Below are positions 60,755-64,000 of a stretch of DNA of 64,000 nt, piece by piece. Origin of the DNA: Octopus sinensis (Eukaryota); the NCBI RefSeq assembly GCF_006345805.1, contig NC_043026.1, positions 13,309,579-13,373,578 on the forward strand, in the 5' to 3' direction. The position numbers and the translations under genes are program-made. Numbering within the stretch: position 1 is the first letter of the stretch; every line of letters starts with the position of its first letter. The notes beneath the pieces are model-generated. The model ran no database searches, had not been told where the DNA came from, and saw only the letters and a program-made list of their open reading frames with translations.

Positions 60755-61424
60755 AAATTGTTTGTTAATAGTTGTCATCGGCGGGATTCTGGTTTAAACA
60801 CCCTATATAAACCATTCATAACTTTTTTATTTGTTGGTATTTAAAAAAAAAAAAATTGTGGGCGATCCTTCGGTATAGGTACCGTAAGTACTGGAAGTGG
60901 CTTTGTTTATATTTCTGAAGATAACAGAAACCCTTTTCTCCCCCCCCCCATATATATATATAAAAAAAAAAATGCAGCGAACAGCATCCTGTCTAAATCC
61001 TTCATTTTTTTGGTTCATAGGATTATGCTCAAGCTGGCTCCATCATTCACATGTGCTATCCTTGCTACATTCACCCATCTTTTTTTGAAACATACACTAG
61101 ACAAAATTTCCCTCTCTACTCTCACTTTCCAGAGAGGAAAGTGTTTGTTTCACTTTGTTGAAATGTTTCCGGTACCTATACCGAAGTTACGCCAAAGGGG
61201 CTTAAACCAGAATTCTACTTGAAAAAGAGTGAAACTTTTAGAATTTATTGGGGAGGGAGTTTAAAAAATTATAATTGTATGGAATCCCAAGTGTAGAACA
61301 CAAATTTGCAAACATTTTCCTGAAAATTACCAAAAATAAAAAAGTTATGAGATACGATACGGGGTGCTTAAACTTGAATTCTGCCCCCTCATTTTGTACA
61401 TCACAAAATGATACACTGAAGAAG

Positions 61425-61510
61425 AAGAAAAACCCTTATCATTGTGAAATACATGGGAATTTATTTTTTTCCAATCCTCATCTTGTCATCCACCAAATCC
61501 ACATTGGGGG
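61425..61510 (+). pseudogene. Single decayed C2H2 finger
   Basis: KNPYHCEIHGNLFFSNPHLVIHQIHIGG. Confidence 0.55.
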
Positions 61511-62391
61511 AACAGCCTGTCGTGAAAAATACACGGGGTAATATTTGAACTCTGACAGTTGATTAACATCAAATATAATATAACTAGCACTATGACACTT
61601 GTATATTTGTAATCCCTGACATCTAAAATGTAGGAATCTGAAAAAATTTTTTTCAAAACACTGCATTTTTCGAGGGAGAGGTGCAAAACTGATTTAGCCC
61701 CAAAACTGGAAAGGGCTGCCTTTATTTACAAATGTGTGTTTACGCAGCAAGTGGCACAAACAAACTGTAGCAACTGCTTGGTGTGGCGACCCAGGAAATT
61801 TAAAATTTTTCTAGCTGAAATTAGTGCCAGATTACTGATTTTCTTGGATTAGTGGCTGTCTACTGTGCCACACTGAAGGCAAACCCCTCTCCACTGAAGA
61901 GGAATGTGGAATACTTTGATATGAGTAGGGTAATTCATATTCCACATTTTGGTATTTTTGTCTCTGAACCAAATTAAAAATTTTTATTAATTCACCTGAA
62001 GAAGAAAAAAAATTTTTTTAATGATGTAATTGAATTAGTCATCAATAAAAAAAAACCGCACTTGAAACAGCTGTAGTGTACCTTTAACCCATTTGTGTTA
62101 TTTTGTTTATGTAAAAATAATTCTTGGGAACTTCCCCATGCTGGATCTGGAATTTAGATTGGATCATGAAACTGCATGCCCGTGTGCATTGGTATATATA
62201 TTTTCATGTATATTTGTATGTCTCTCTTTTACTCTTTTACTTTCTTTCAATCATCTGAGCGCGGCCATGCTGGAGCACTGCCTTTAATCGAGCAACTCGA
62301 CCCCGAGTTGTTGATGGTGAAATATGTTGGAAATAATACTTTTCAAATTCTCACACAAATATGTCATTGTTTTAAGAGAAACCTTCTATGA

Positions 62392-62945
62392 TATACTCTT
62401 TTACTTGTTTCAGTCATTTGACTGCGGCCATGCTGGAGCACCGCCTTTAATCGAGCAACTCGACCCCGGGATTTATTCTTTTGTAAGCCCAGTTCTTATT
62501 CTATTGGTCTCTTTTGCTGTAAACACACCAGCATCGGTTGTCAAGCGATGTTGGGGTGACAAACACAAACACACATATATATATATATATATATACATAT
62601 ATATGACGGGCTTCTTTCAGTTTCCGTCTACCAAATCCACTCACAAGGCTTTGGTCGGCCCGAGGCTATAGTAGAAGACACTTGCCCAAGGTGCCACGCA
62701 GTGGGACTGAACCCAGAACCATGTGGTTGGTAAACAAGCTACTTACCACACAGCCACTCCTGCGCCTATATATATATATATACGACAGGCTTCTTTCAGT
62801 TTCCATCAACCAAATCCACTCACAAGGCTTTGGTCGGCCCAAGGCTATAGTAGAAGACACTTGCCCAAGGTGCCACGCAGTGGGACTGAACCCGGAACCA
62901 TGTGGTTGGTAAACAAGCTTCTTACCACACAGCCACTCCTGCGCC
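62392..62945 (-). mobile_element. SINE family A with a duplicated 5' half
   Basis: Two ggcgcaggagtggctgtgtggtaag heads on the minus strand. Confidence 0.85.
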
Positions 62946-63121
62946 TCTCTTTCTCCTTGAGTATGAATTTTGTTTTGCTTTATTTCGTTTAAGTGCGAAA
63001 TAAATTGTTTCTAAGTTATAAATGTAACATTTTGCATACATGTGGCCGGCAGCAATGTGAAGTGGCTTGTCCTGTACAATTGAATTAATAAAATATTGCA
63101 TGGATTTAAGTATTTAAGGAG

Positions 63122-63420
63122 TGGTATCATCATTGTTCGACCGTGGTCGAGACAATGGAATTTACCATGCTACGCCAGACTTCACGGTCCATCATAGCAT
63201 TACGGAGGTCCTGTTGCTGGATGCCTGTATCCCTGGAGATTACATCAGGGTAGGAGAGTGTGCACCCTCTGGTATTGCGAGTAGATGGCTTCCAGAGGAG
63301 AGGTGTAGAAATTACCCCGTTTTCAGCCCTACAACAATGTCCAGCAAACTGGACTCTCCTACCTTTCACAAGAGATGACACAGGTGGTAGTTTCCCATAT
63401 ATTTGCATTTTGGTTGGATG
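63122..63420 (-). mobile_element. RTE/RTE-X LINE 3' end
   Basis: IYGKLPPVSSLVKGRRVQFAGHC...LLWKP...DTG...MMDREVWR then a tgatga tail. Confidence 0.75.
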
Positions 63421-63719
63421 ACGCTTCCACGAGAGATTTTGAGTGGAATGGACAACTTCCTCTAAGTCAGAACATTAAGCACCAAGGAAACAGTCGAACC
63501 AAATAATGTATATAACTTCCAAGGTAAGGGTGGAAGCAATCCCACCTGATATAGAAATGGCTTGGGGTCGCGGCAGCTGTCCTTGTTAGAAGTGAGGAGG
63601 AGGTGGCTGTCCTCCAAGCCATGGATAAGGAAATCACTGGATCTCATCCTGCAGGTGGAGGAGAAGCAGCTCAAGAGTCCTCCTAAGCCACGGTGGCCTC
63701 TACCTGGGACGTAGCCATA

Positions 63720-64000
63720 CCTTTCCTTCTTATGACACAAATCCTACTTGTGAAGACCTGTTGAGGCAAGTGAAAATCGAAATCGAAATCTTTCAACATC
63801 AATGGAAATTGTAGCTGAGATACCAGTGCCGGTGGCACGTAAGGGAACCATCCAAATGTGGCCGTTGCCAGCGCCGCCCCGACTGGCCTCGGTGCCGCTG
63901 GCACGCAAAAAGCACCACCCGATTGTGGCCGTTGCCAGCCTCGTCTGGCCCCCGTGCCAGTGGCACATAAAAAGCACCATCCGATCGTGGCTGTTTGCCA
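63720..64000 (+). mobile_element. RTE-tail SINE/retroposon, 5' part
   Basis: gaagacctgttgaggcaagtg...gataccagtgccggtggcacgtaa, as at 1200-1400 (-) and 47400-47900. Confidence 0.75.

Noticed and set aside
61640-61990. Moderately GC-rich unique stretch checked for snRNA or exon
   Set aside because: No match to snRNAs I recognise and no convincing ORF or splice pair.

Overview
Eukaryotic, AT-rich and very repeat-dense genomic DNA. The SINE families, microsatellite load and clustered effector-less C2H2 genes point to an octopus or other coleoid cephalopod (inference from recalled sequence families, not a database search). No prokaryotic features or CRISPR arrays. Genes: six single-exon C2H2 zinc-finger ORFs (five share a novel MxMEDVK(P/L)L N-terminal leader; two sit in a ~3.6-4.4 kb inverted duplication), two near-identical U2 snRNA genes with a duplicated upstream region, and one intronless 1801-aa ORF built from six tandem NHL-like beta-propeller modules. 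Mobile DNA: several SINE families, Helitron, Tx1/L1, RTE, Penelope, mariner and Chapaev3-like remnants, and piggyBac-, hAT- and long-TIR MITEs. Most notable: the six-propeller protein inside the zinc-finger cluster, hammerhead-ribozyme motifs in Penelope-derived repeats, the conserved zinc-finger leader and 5' architecture, and repeated fold-back inversions beside (TA)n tracts. Repeat boundaries were placed by eye and are approximate; all counts are manual.
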